A DNA stretch of 64,000 bases from Leptospiraceae bacterium (GTDB lineage: Bacteria > Spirochaetota > Leptospiria > Leptospirales > Leptonemataceae): NCBI GenBank assembly GCA_040217195.1, contig JAVJNR010000008.1:192001-256000 (forward strand), written 5' to 3'. A program made the position numbers and the translations under genes. This document shows positions 1 to 9,466 of the stretch, in pieces. The notes beneath the pieces are model-generated. The model was not told the DNA's origin, did no database searches, and saw only the letters and a program-made list of their open reading frames with translations. Within the stretch, counting starts at the first letter, position 1. Each line of letters opens with the position of its first letter.

Positions 1-198
1 TGCGGATATATCCGGTGCTGGCGCATCTGGCCATTCCACTCCGGAAGGATCTCTGTCAAAGGACTCCCGAGGTGGTGTACCTCCTGGACCTTCCACAATA
101 TCGTCTCTTCCATCTCCGGGTGAGGAGAGTAGCCAGATTATGGCAACCAGAAGGACGGCAACAACGGCAACAATGATGTAAATTCTTGATTTGGGCAT
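1..198 (-). CDS. Partial CDS running off the window; N-terminal membrane anchor plus Pro/Asp-rich linker (possibly lipase-chaperone-like)
   Basis: ATG at 198 preceded by AGAGG; translates MPKSRIYIIVAVVAVLLVAIIWLLSSPGDGRDDIVEGPGGTPP... and stays open to the window edge. Confidence 0.7.
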   Translation of the reverse strand, partial: MPKSRIYIIVAVVAVLLVAIIWLLSSPGDGRDDIVEGPGGTPPRESFDRDPSGVEWPDAPAPDISA

Positions 199-233
199 AG
201 GTATCCTCTAATCCTACATTCATAGGTCATAGA

Positions 234-250
234 TTTGACAATTAGTCAAA
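234..250. promoter_or_regulatory. Palindrome TTTGAC-N5-GTCAAA, candidate operator
   Basis: Perfect 6-bp inverted repeat upstream of the partial CDS; same TGAC-N5-GTCA core as 2212-2224. Confidence 0.4.
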
Positions 251-253
251 GAT

Positions 254-285
254 AAAAAAAGCCCGGCCACCAGAGGAAGCCGGGC
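254..285 (-). terminator. Rho-independent terminator after the SGNH hydrolase gene
   Basis: GCCCGGC/GCCGGGC stem followed by T7 on the minus strand, ~20 nt after the stop codon. Confidence 0.7.
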
Positions 286-307
286 CCCGATAAGGGTAGG
301 ACCATTA

Positions 308-1570
308 TCAGATAAAGATATTGATGATCCAGGAAATAGCCTGTCCTACGATGCTGTCGCTTAACCAGCGCTTCAGATCCACAGGGTTTCTATTCAGGGA
401 GTCGTAATACCAGGCTGCATATTCGCTGGCCTGAGGGATGTTTACGCTGTACTGACGGTTAATGTCTTTGATCAACTCATTGGCCAGTACTGTATGTCCG
501 TAGCGGTTCGGGTGAACTCCATCCAGACCAAATACACCGGGTTTTCCGGGCAGAGGCCAGTTGGCTCCCGCATTTCCAGGGCTCCAGCCACTGGAGTGAC
601 GAATTGGTCGGCCGTTTTCTTTGATGTCGGAAAACAATGCTTCTGCATCAGTCAGAGCATAGTTTCGAGCTGCAGCCTGTCGACGTAGTTCATTGTTCAG
701 CATGGTCAGGAAGTTGGTAATTGTTGCAACTTCGCCTGCATCCAGAACATGATTTGGGCTGGAAACGCCACTTCGATAGAAGGCTTTCAGGCCCGAGTAG
801 TTGGCACGACCTTGAGGATCGTTATACCTTTCCAGGTAGTAAATTGATGTTACATTAGGAACGGTAAAGATACTTCCACCTTTGATAGTTCCAATACGAT
901 CCAGACGACGCATTACTTCTGCAACGTCTCTTTTGAATCGCGCTTCATCCAGACAATCCAGAGTGGTGCTCAGAGCTGTACAGAGTACATGGTTTGCGCC
1001 CACAGAAGCGAAAACGAAGCTTGGCTTCACTTTTTCCATTACCTGGATTTGTGTGCCTGCATCGCGCAGTCCGAATCTATGGAATTTGTCTGGCTTCTGG
1101 CAGTCCTGTACCTCAACCCAGCGATAAGTGTACCAGTACCATTTTTTCCAGTACCAGTCTTTTACCCATTTCTTGGCATAAATATCTTCGCAATTGCCGC
1201 TGGTTCGCAGCGCCGAAGTATATTCGCCACCGGTGATACCGGCATGGGTAGGCAGGCTGTAGGTCTTTTCATTGCCACCAAGAACAGACGAGGCCAGGCA
1301 GAATACTCCGCAATCGCCTTTCAATACGTCTTCAAGATTAGCATAAGGACCTTTCAGTTCATTATAGTATACATTGGATCCGGCTTGTTTGGATACAACG
1401 ACAGGATAGGCCCAGTTCTGTGTCTTTTTTTCAACCGTTACGCCGTAAAAACCCTGAGACAGGGAATCACCCATAACTGCCGGTCGCTTGAACAACTCGG
1501 ACACAGACTGAGCGGAAATTGAAGTGGCACATAGCATTAATGCTGCCACAATCCATCGACCCAGTTTCAT
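308..1570 (-). CDS. Secreted SGNH/GDSL-family hydrolase (lipase/esterase-like)
   Basis: Signal peptide, block I GDSLSQG, block III GAN, block V DGVHPN; GGAGGAG RBS before ATG at 1570. Confidence 0.85.
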   Translation of the reverse strand: MKLGRWIVAALMLCATSISAQSVSELFKRPAVMGDSLSQGFYGVTVEKKTQNWAYPVVVSKQAGSNVYYNELKGPYANLEDVLKGDCGVFCLASSVLGGNEKTYSLPTHAGITGGEYTSALRTSGNCEDIYAKKWVKDWYWKKWYWYTYRWVEVQDCQKPDKFHRFGLRDAGTQIQVMEKVKPSFVFASVGANHVLCTALSTTLDCLDEARFKRDVAEVMRRLDRIGTIKGGSIFTVPNVTSIYYLERYNDPQGRANYSGLKAFYRSGVSSPNHVLDAGEVATITNFLTMLNNELRRQAAARNYALTDAEALFSDIKENGRPIRHSSGWSPGNAGANWPLPGKPGVFGLDGVHPNRYGHTVLANELIKDINRQYSVNIPQASEYAAWYYDSLNRNPVDLKRWLSDSIVGQAISWIINIFI

Positions 1571-1586
1571 ATACACTCCTCCGTAA

Positions 1587-2055
1587 AGTTACGTTGCGGC
1601 GGCCACATCCTGTGGCCGTCCTCACGTGGTTCTATTTTGCGGGCCTTCGGCCCTTGCGAACTTCCTGTTCGCTGCAAAACGCATTGCGTTTTGACTTCGT
1701 TCCCAGCCCATTGGCTGGCAAAACTTCTATCTAGTTACGCTCGGTCGGATACCTCGTGTATCCTCCTCCCGTCGCTCTGCCCTGGCCCTCTGGGCCAGCA
1801 AAACATCCTGTTTTGGCAGAATGCTTCGCAATCTGCAGTTACGCTCGGTCGGATACCTCGTGTATCCTACTCCCGTCGCTCTGCCCTGGCCCTCTGGGCC
1901 AGCAAAACATCCTGTTTTGGCAGAATGCTTCGCAATCTGCAGTTACGTTGCGGCGGTCACTTTCGGTGGCCGTCCTCACGTGTTTTGGCAGAATGCTTCG
2001 CAATCTGCAGTTACGTTGCGGCGGTCACTTTCGGTGGCCGTCCTCACGTGGTTCT
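1587..2055. repeat. Composite array of ~105 bp multi-hairpin (REP/BIME-like) units
   Basis: 104-bp tandem duplication 1733-1836/1837-1940 (1 mismatch), 68-bp duplication 1913-1980/1981-2048, diverged homolog 1587-1693; many short perfect hairpins. Confidence 0.9.
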
Positions 2056-2211
2056 GCGGGCACTATGGCCCAGATTATAGCCGGCATCAGCTCAGCTTTC
2101 GGCAGGCAATTCCCCGAATCTTGCCCGCCGGAGAAGATTTTAGGTCTTCCCGGTAAGTATGCCGAAAGGGCATACTGCCAATCCTTTCTATATCTATTGG
2201 TATAGAAAGTG

Positions 2212-2274
2212 TGACACGGTGTCATGTTAAGGGTATAGGTTAGCGTGGCGCAAGAAAAAAATTACATCGTGTCA
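2212..2274. promoter_or_regulatory. Paired candidate operators TGACACGGTGTCA (2212-2224) and TTACATCGTGTCA (2262-2274) around a possible minus-strand sigma70 promoter (TTGCGC-N18-TAACAT)
   Basis: Perfect 6-1-6 palindrome plus a 2-mismatch copy 50 bp away. Confidence 0.45.
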
Positions 2275-2292
2275 ACTTTTGGCCCGGAAAAA

Positions 2293-4497
2293 TTAATCTT
2301 CTGCCAGGTACTTAAGCAATGAGCGGAAATCGCGCACACCATTTAGTCTGAAATGTGCATGGGTGTACCCGGCTCCAATCTTAATGGACCATCCTCTAGG
2401 AGGTAAGGCCTGAAACAGATGTTCATCGGTGGCATCGTCTCCAGCAGCCATCATGAAATCGTAGCTGCGGCCACTGGTTTCCAGGTGAGGGATGATGTTA
2501 CCTTTGTGAATGCCCTGAACTCTAACTTCAATAACGGCTTTTCCATCCAGCACATCGAGAGGAGCACCGGAGAGCATATTCTTCAAGTGCATTACCAGTT
2601 CTCTGGCCTGCCATTTACCAAAGGTCGGATCGCTCAGTCTGTAGTGCCAGGCCAGGGCCGCTTCTTTCTTTTCCGTGAAGCTGCCCGGTGTTTTTAAATT
2701 GAACTGCTCGAATATATCCTCTACCGTTCCCAGCCATTCCAGGTCATGGCTTTCTGGAAGCTGCTTCTGCCATTGTTCGTTTACCATCCGAATCCAGAGC
2801 CCATGTTCTGCAGATATGATTACCGGGAATCGGCCCATCCAGTCTTCAATCTCCTGGCGTTTTCGACCAGTAACTATGGCCACGTCTGTGTTGGGCAGGG
2901 CTGTAATTCGCTCCATAATTTCCCGTAATTCCTGATCCGGTGCTGCGGCCAGAGGAAGGTTCTGAAGCTCAGCCAGGGTTCCATCGTAGTCCAGTAGCAG
3001 AAGTCGCTTGCTGGCTTCTTGCATTTCCTGTTTCAGTTCATTACGCTTCTGAACATTGAGAGGCATCACCGGACCGTGCCGATCCGCATATTCCTGAGTG
3101 CTCCGAGTCAAATCTTCCAGAAAGGATTTAGACCAGTAGTGAACATTGTTCCTTTTGACTCTCTCATACATGGCAGTCATACGTCGGGTGCATTCATCCT
3201 GACCCAGCTCCAGAGCCGTTTCCAGAGCATCGGAAATCTGGTCCCGATTCCAGGGATTAATGATAATTGCTTCTCCGAGTTCGGATGCGGCTCCTGCAAG
3301 CTCACTTAGAATGAGGACACCATGATCTTTCTTAACTGCAACATATTCCTTGGCCACCAGGTTCATGCCATCGAAGTATGGAGTTACCAGAGCTACATCC
3401 GCTTCCCGGTAAAACGCGGCCAGCCTGCGAAATGGCAATGAGCGATACATGAACTGGATGGGAGAATCGGGAAGGGCTTCATGGGCTTCAATGATATCCA
3501 TGACTATCACCTCCACCTTATCCTTCAGATGACGATAGTCAGGGATCTTGGTTCTGGAAGGAACCGCTACCTGAACCAAAACCACTTCTGCAGCCTTTTC
3601 TGGATTTCTTTCCAGGAACTTCTTGTAAGCACTCAGTCTTTCGGGAATACCTTTGGTGTAATCCAGCCGGTCCACGCTCAGGATCATTTTCCGACCCTTT
3701 TTGATCTGCCTTACAATTCGTAGATCCTCTTCGAAATCAGGCTCCTCCATGGCAGCGGCAATTCGACTGGGATCAACGGAAATAGGGTAGGCTCCGATCT
3801 GTACACTATGATCTTCCATATCGATTCGGTTGATTTCAGAATCGATGCCCAGAAGATGGAGTAGACTGCTGCGAAAGTGTCGCAACCCACTGTGAGTTTG
3901 AAAGCCAATGAGGTTGGACCCAAGTAAGCCTCTAAGCAATTCCTCTCTATAGGGTAAGGCTCGAAACATTTCTGACGATGGGAATGGAGTGTGCAAAAAG
4001 AAGCCGATTCTAGCTTCCGGTATCTTTTCTCTTACCATGGAAGGCACCAGCATCAACTGATAATCGTGAATCCATACAATGTCTTCGGTATTTCCTTCCT
4101 GAAGTTCAGCAACAATACGATCTGCAAAGACCCGGTTTACCTCTCTATAAACGCGAAAGTCTTTTTCATCATAATCAATATGAGTGGGCAAATAGTGAAG
4201 CACAGGCCAGAGCACTCGATTGGAAAATCCAAAGTAGAATCGATTTAACTGACGCCTGGTCAGAAAAACGGCGGATGCATTGTATTCTTTTTTGAGTTCA
4301 GCGGAAATGCTTTCTGGCTGAATCATAGATAGATCTACTTCGCCAGGCCAGCCAATCCACATCAACTCATAAGAATCATTCAATGCGCTCAATGCGCTGG
4401 CCAGCCCTCCGGGGCTGGGTTGAAAATGGAAAGATCTTTCTGTTACTTGAATTGCGACCGGGAGACGATTGGCTACTACGAGTATTCTTTGCTTCAT
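2293..4497 (-). CDS. otsAB: Bifunctional trehalose-6-phosphate synthase/phosphatase (OtsA-OtsB fusion)
   Basis: GT20 motifs (WIHDYQL, VDRLDYTKG, DGMNLVAKEY) plus HAD domain LDYDGTL and GDDATDE. Confidence 0.95.
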   Translation of the reverse strand: MKQRILVVANRLPVAIQVTERSFHFQPSPGGLASALSALNDSYELMWIGWPGEVDLSMIQPESISAELKKEYNASAVFLTRRQLNRFYFGFSNRVLWPVLHYLPTHIDYDEKDFRVYREVNRVFADRIVAELQEGNTEDIVWIHDYQLMLVPSMVREKIPEARIGFFLHTPFPSSEMFRALPYREELLRGLLGSNLIGFQTHSGLRHFRSSLLHLLGIDSEINRIDMEDHSVQIGAYPISVDPSRIAAAMEEPDFEEDLRIVRQIKKGRKMILSVDRLDYTKGIPERLSAYKKFLERNPEKAAEVVLVQVAVPSRTKIPDYRHLKDKVEVIVMDIIEAHEALPDSPIQFMYRSLPFRRLAAFYREADVALVTPYFDGMNLVAKEYVAVKKDHGVLILSELAGAASELGEAIIINPWNRDQISDALETALELGQDECTRRMTAMYERVKRNNVHYWSKSFLEDLTRSTQEYADRHGPVMPLNVQKRNELKQEMQEASKRLLLLDYDGTLAELQNLPLAAAPDQELREIMERITALPNTDVAIVTGRKRQEIEDWMGRFPVIISAEHGLWIRMVNEQWQKQLPESHDLEWLGTVEDIFEQFNLKTPGSFTEKKEAALAWHYRLSDPTFGKWQARELVMHLKNMLSGAPLDVLDGKAVIEVRVQGIHKGNIIPHLETSGRSYDFMMAAGDDATDEHLFQALPPRGWSIKIGAGYTHAHFRLNGVRDFRSLLKYLAED

Positions 4498-4533
4498 GTG
4501 TCTGATATATTGAACTACCAGAACTGCACTCTG

Positions 4534-5529
4534 TCAATCGCCTTTCGGGTATTCGCTTTGCGGTAAATCCTCATAATATAGATCATCGAACCTTTTGTAC
4601 ATTACCTCTCTGCCATACCGGGCGATGAAGTTTGCCCTGGCAATAGCTGCATTATCCTTATGATCTCTGTATTGCTCTGCAAAATGGAGTTTGCCAGTGG
4701 TCCAGTCATACACAAAGAAAATGTCATTGGTCTGCTCTGGCTGAAGTACCGCTTTATACGCTTCGTCTGAGAATTGAGCCACAGGCCCGGGAGGTAAACC
4801 ACCTCTTTTATACACATTGTAGTCCGATTGTAATTCCAGATCCTTAAATAGTAGAAAGGGTCTGTGATAGCCCAGTCCATACTCTACTGTGGGACAACTT
4901 CCCAGTACCTGATTTTTTTCCAGGCGATTCAGAAAAACGGAGGCCACCTTCCTGTAATCTGAATTGCTCACTGCTTCCTTTTCTACGATGCTTGCAAGTA
5001 TCATCCGTTCTGTGCGACTTAGATTATTAGCTCTTGAATCAGTGGATGGAAAATCTTTCTCGAGAGACACCAGGCGTTTCGCACTGGCCTGGACCATATA
5101 ATGCAGCAATACTCTTGCCTGGGCCACCGGATCTGATTCTTTCTGGATGGAATGCTTTCCTGGAATAAAGTGCCCCTCAAAACGCAGTAGATTTACAATG
5201 TCTCTCTTCCTTGCTGGCAGATCCGAAATCTGAATAGCCGGGTTCAGGTCCGGATGGTCCGAAAATTCCCTGGCAGCCTGTTCAAAATCGGCACAATCTG
5301 GTCTTTGAGAGGCCTTCCATCGCTCACAGAATTGTAGCAGGCTTTCGTCCAACTTCACTTCGAATTCCAGCTGAGGCCCGGAAGTCTCCTCAACGGTGCA
5401 GCCAGCAAGGGAGGCGGCCCAGATCCAGCTGCAAAGTAGACTCGAATATGCAATTCGCCGAACCGGGAATCCTTTGTTTAGATTGAAGCGAACTTGCCAG
5501 GAAAATGCAGAGCGTTGCGCAGGAAACAT
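4534..5529 (-). CDS. mltG: Endolytic transglycosylase MltG (YceG-like), probable lipoprotein
   Basis: LASIVEKEA catalytic motif, VASVFLNRL, YNVYKRGGLPPGP; LAGC lipobox; start uncertain. Confidence 0.8.
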   Translation of the reverse strand: MFPAQRSAFSWQVRFNLNKGFPVRRIAYSSLLCSWIWAASLAGCTVEETSGPQLEFEVKLDESLLQFCERWKASQRPDCADFEQAAREFSDHPDLNPAIQISDLPARKRDIVNLLRFEGHFIPGKHSIQKESDPVAQARVLLHYMVQASAKRLVSLEKDFPSTDSRANNLSRTERMILASIVEKEAVSNSDYRKVASVFLNRLEKNQVLGSCPTVEYGLGYHRPFLLFKDLELQSDYNVYKRGGLPPGPVAQFSDEAYKAVLQPEQTNDIFFVYDWTTGKLHFAEQYRDHKDNAAIARANFIARYGREVMYKRFDDLYYEDLPQSEYPKGD

Positions 5530-5575
5530 GGGTCATTCACGCTGGACTGTGGCTGGTAAACAATCATTTAAGGAT

Positions 5576-8500
5576 ATGACCAGAGGATGGAGATTCTTTG
5601 CTGATCGAGGGGGGACGTTCACTGATATCGTTGCCCTGGATCCTGAAAATAGACTGCATACCCATAAATTACTGTCATCCTCGCAGAATTACAGCGATCC
5701 TGTGCAGGCTGGAATTCGCTATCTACTGAATCGAAGGGAATCCAGTTCAAAAACTGAAACAGCCGCAGATTCGCAGATGCAGAATCTGGATCTCTCTCGA
5801 ATTGAGGAGATTCGCGTAGGGACAACCATCGGTACCAATGCATTGCTGGAGCATAAAACTGCAAGAGTGGGGCTGATTATTACCCGTGGATTCAGAGATC
5901 TGCTACGCATAGGACATCAGTCCAGACCAGACCTATTCGCATTGCAGATCAAGCTTCCGGAATTACTGTATGTATCATCTGCAGAAGTGACTGAGAGGAT
6001 TGGCCATGATGGTAGGATCATCGAGCCTCTGGATAATGAAACCCTGGAAAAGGCACTTTCACAGATAAGTCAGACGAATGTGGATTGCCTGACCGTACTG
6101 TTTCTAAATTCAGCGGCGAATCCTGTTCATGAAATCCAGGCCGGGGAATGGATTCGAAAACATAGTTCTCTTCCAGTATATCTTTCCCATGAATCCAGTC
6201 TTCTTACCGGTGCTGTGGACCGGGGCGATACTACCCTGGTGGATGCAGCCCTGGGTCCTCTCATACGTAACTATGCATCTGAAGTGGAATCCTTCAGTTC
6301 TGCTCCTGTCTATTTCATGGGCTCCTCCGGATCTCTGTACCCGGCCGGTCAGTTTTCCGGTAAGGACAGTTTGCTTTCCGGGCCGGCCGGAGGGATGAAT
6401 GCTGTGGCAGCAATCTGCAATCGCTACAATATTAAGATGGCCGTTGGTTTCGACATGGGTGGCACTTCCACCGATGTATTTTGCTACGAAGGTAAATTGC
6501 TCAGACAGGATTCCACAGAGGTGGGAGGCTATAAGATTCAGGCCCCTCATCTTAGAATTCATACCATTGCCTCCGGAGGAGGCTCCATACTTCAAAAGGA
6601 TGGAATGAGACTTCTGGTAGGCCCCGAATCCGCCGGAGCTCGGCCTGGTCCGGCTTTCTATGGACTGGGTGGCCCCGCCACAATCACAGATGCAAATGTA
6701 GTTCTGGGCCGGGTGCTTCCTTCCCGATTTCCATCGATTTTTGGAGAAGATGGAAAGCAAAGCCCTCAACCAAAACGCTCCGGAGAGGCGCTGCAGGAAC
6801 TGATGAATTCGCCGGATGAGTCTGTGGAGGAAATTGCAGAAGGATTCCTGGCTATAGCATGTGAGCAGATGGCCGGAGCTGTACGAAAGATGACCATCGA
6901 GCAGGGCCGGGATCCTGAGAATTATACTATGGTAAGCTTTGGCGGTGCAGGAGGCCAGGTAGCCTGCGAAGTGGCCAGTCGGGCCGGTATCAAACGTATC
7001 CTGTTTCCCGGGCTGGCAGGCCTATTTTCGGCGGCCGGAATTGGAGGTACACAACATAGCACTCTGCATACGATTGCCCTGGGTGGGCCTTTATCCGATT
7101 CCATGTCCAGGGCTAAACAGGCCTTTCTGAACTTAAGTTCGCAGCAGGAAGATCGGGAAGATCTGCATCTGGAGTTTCGAGTTCTACCAGGAGGATCGGA
7201 CTTTCATGTTTCTTTATCCTATGATTTCTGGCCTGAATTAAAGACCGTTGAAGACGATTTTAACCGAAAGTTCAAGCAGCTCTATGGATACGAATCATTA
7301 CCGGGGCTTCGTCTGTCTTCGGTGCTTGTAGAATTTCTTCACGGAGGCGCCGAGCTATTCCAGGATGCATCCCGGCCCGAGACTTTTAGTGAACGCAAAG
7401 AACACACCGCAGAGGCATCCAGCGTTACATCGGCCAGAGAATCCATCATTGAATCTATTCGATTATTCGACGGAGGATGGAAGCAGATGCAACACAGGCA
7501 GAGGATGAGCCTGGACGCAGGAGACAGCTTTACCGGGCCCATTCTAATTAGCTCGGCTACTGATACCGTTTACATTGCTTCCGGTTGGTCCGGGCTGGTT
7601 ACTGCATCTGGCGATCTGGATGTTCGCCGGGAAACCGGCGAAGCCGATGCTGCGGATACCTCCCGGGCCATTGCAATTTCTTCTGAAATACATCAAAGGA
7701 AACTGGAATCCATAGCAATTGAAATGGGCACTGTTCTACAGCGTACCGCCAGAAGCGTAAACATCAAGGAGCGATTGGATTTTTCATGCGCCATTTTTGA
7801 TTCAGAAGGTAGGATACTGGTAAGTGCACCTCATATACCCGTGCATCTTGGCTCCATGCAGGACAGCGTTCAGGCTATTCTACCCAACCTTTCCAGATCC
7901 GGCCGGAAGAACTCAGATATGGATGCACCCGGAGAGAGCTTCACCGGGGAAAATGGATTCTATCTCTTGAATGATCCGTATGCAGGCGGTACTCATTTAC
8001 CGGATATAACGGTCATCTGTCCTGTATATCTTTCCGGAGTGGAGACCCCTGGCCATGGAGAACGTGGCATCCGGAATTCCATCGATAGAATTGAGGGAAA
8101 GCCAGACTACTTCGTGGCTGCCCGGGGCCACCATGCTGATGTGGGAGGTATTTCCCCTGGTTCCATGCCCGCTATTTCAGAATCTATCGAAGATGAGGGA
8201 ATCTTGATTTCGCCCCGGTTCTTCCGTCGTAGTGACCTGGAAGAGAATGGGGAGTTGGAAGAATTGTTTCGCAAAGGGGGGGCCCGATCTCCTCAGACCA
8301 ATCGGGCCGATGTGGCCGCCCAGGTAGCGGCCTGTATTCGTGGGCTGGAATTGTTGCATAATCTGGATCAAAGTAGAGCGCCACAGCTGGAATCTTATTT
8401 GAGAGATGCGGCCCGACTGGCCGTGCATAATAGCTTAACTGATTTACTGGCGGGCGGACCACGTAGAGCCTCTCTGAAGCTGGATCCAGTTTCCGGTCAG

Positions 8501-9316
8501 GGCGAAAGCCATAGATCAATTGAGAATCATGCAGAGATATCATTGGTAATCAACTCCGATTCCGGAAAGTTCCTATTCGATTTTTCCGGCAGCTCCCTAC
8601 CGCCGGTGGCAAATTTCCATACACCTCCGGCTGTGGTGCGCTCCGCAGTGTTGTATAGTCTCTATCTAATAGCCGGAAGATCCATTCCATTGAATGCGGG
8701 CGCTCTGGATGAGATTGAGATTCGCACCGGTCAGACGTTTCTGAGAGCCATCTATCCCATGCCTGTGGTTGCAGGTAATGTGGAAACATCCCAGGTTCTG
8801 GTAGATACCATTTTGATGGCTGTGGGAGCTCTCAGTCCAGGACCTGGAACAATGAATAATCTGAGTTTTGGAAATGAAAACTACCAGTACTACGAAACCA
8901 TAGGGGGTGGCTCCGGGGCCGGTCCTGGATTTTCTGGAACTTCAGCTGTACAGTGTCATATGACAAATTCTCGTATTACGGATGCTGAGATTCTGGAAAG
9001 CCGATTTCCGGTCCTACTGGAAGAATTCAGTATTCGCAGCCATAGTGGAGGCAGAGGCAAATTTTCCGGAGGCGATGGGCTGATTCGTCAGATTCGTTTT
9101 CTGGAAGATATGACTGTTTCCATCCTGTCCAATCGAAGGGTTGTGCAGGCCAGCGGACTTTCGGGGGGCCTGGCAGGAAAGAGGGGAATCAATCTGATCA
9201 TTGAGAAGCATGGAATGAAGGAGCTTGGCTATTGCAGCAGTCGAATTGTAAAAGCCGGGGAGGCCATACGAATCGAAACACCAGGGGGGGCAGGCTACGG
9301 AAAGCTTCAGGGGTAG
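5576..9316 (+). CDS. ATP-dependent 5-oxoprolinase / hydantoinase A+B fusion
   Basis: DRGGTFTD, DMGGTSTDV, ERLDFSCA, HIPVHLGSM, ETPGGAGYG; start reassigned to ATG 5576. Confidence 0.92.
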   Translation: MTRGWRFFADRGGTFTDIVALDPENRLHTHKLLSSSQNYSDPVQAGIRYLLNRRESSSKTETAADSQMQNLDLSRIEEIRVGTTIGTNALLEHKTARVGLIITRGFRDLLRIGHQSRPDLFALQIKLPELLYVSSAEVTERIGHDGRIIEPLDNETLEKALSQISQTNVDCLTVLFLNSAANPVHEIQAGEWIRKHSSLPVYLSHESSLLTGAVDRGDTTLVDAALGPLIRNYASEVESFSSAPVYFMGSSGSLYPAGQFSGKDSLLSGPAGGMNAVAAICNRYNIKMAVGFDMGGTSTDVFCYEGKLLRQDSTEVGGYKIQAPHLRIHTIASGGGSILQKDGMRLLVGPESAGARPGPAFYGLGGPATITDANVVLGRVLPSRFPSIFGEDGKQSPQPKRSGEALQELMNSPDESVEEIAEGFLAIACEQMAGAVRKMTIEQGRDPENYTMVSFGGAGGQVACEVASRAGIKRILFPGLAGLFSAAGIGGTQHSTLHTIALGGPLSDSMSRAKQAFLNLSSQQEDREDLHLEFRVLPGGSDFHVSLSYDFWPELKTVEDDFNRKFKQLYGYESLPGLRLSSVLVEFLHGGAELFQDASRPETFSERKEHTAEASSVTSARESIIESIRLFDGGWKQMQHRQRMSLDAGDSFTGPILISSATDTVYIASGWSGLVTASGDLDVRRETGEADAADTSRAIAISSEIHQRKLESIAIEMGTVLQRTARSVNIKERLDFSCAIFDSEGRILVSAPHIPVHLGSMQDSVQAILPNLSRSGRKNSDMDAPGESFTGENGFYLLNDPYAGGTHLPDITVICPVYLSGVETPGHGERGIRNSIDRIEGKPDYFVAARGHHADVGGISPGSMPAISESIEDEGILISPRFFRRSDLEENGELEELFRKGGARSPQTNRADVAAQVAACIRGLELLHNLDQSRAPQLESYLRDAARLAVHNSLTDLLAGGPRRASLKLDPVSGQGESHRSIENHAEISLVINSDSGKFLFDFSGSSLPPVANFHTPPAVVRSAVLYSLYLIAGRSIPLNAGALDEIEIRTGQTFLRAIYPMPVVAGNVETSQVLVDTILMAVGALSPGPGTMNNLSFGNENYQYYETIGGGSGAGPGFSGTSAVQCHMTNSRITDAEILESRFPVLLEEFSIRSHSGGRGKFSGGDGLIRQIRFLEDMTVSILSNRRVVQASGLSGGLAGKRGINLIIEKHGMKELGYCSSRIVKAGEAIRIETPGGAGYGKLQG

Positions 9317-9466
9317 AATTTAGAGTTCGTCACCGATTCATCTATTACTTATTTTTTTTGGCCCCGCGGCGGATTGTGCATGCAACGGTTTTTTTGCATT
9401 TATTTGCCGGGGTGGTAATCCATAGACGCCCAGGAATTAAAGTGCGTATCATTCCCCAGAGAGTGT

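Noticed and set aside
1587..2055. CRISPR array
   Set aside because: No constant repeat with unique spacers, since whole units are duplicated, and no cas genes in the window.
1637..2205. Three overlapping plus-strand ORFs (147, 149, 111 aa)
   Set aside because: They are translations of the repeat array, sharing peptides across frames, with no RBS or recognisable domain.
5396..5575. N-terminal extension of the oxoprolinase ORF
   Set aside because: It overlaps the divergent mltG gene; homology starts near WRFFADRGGTFTD after ATG 5576.
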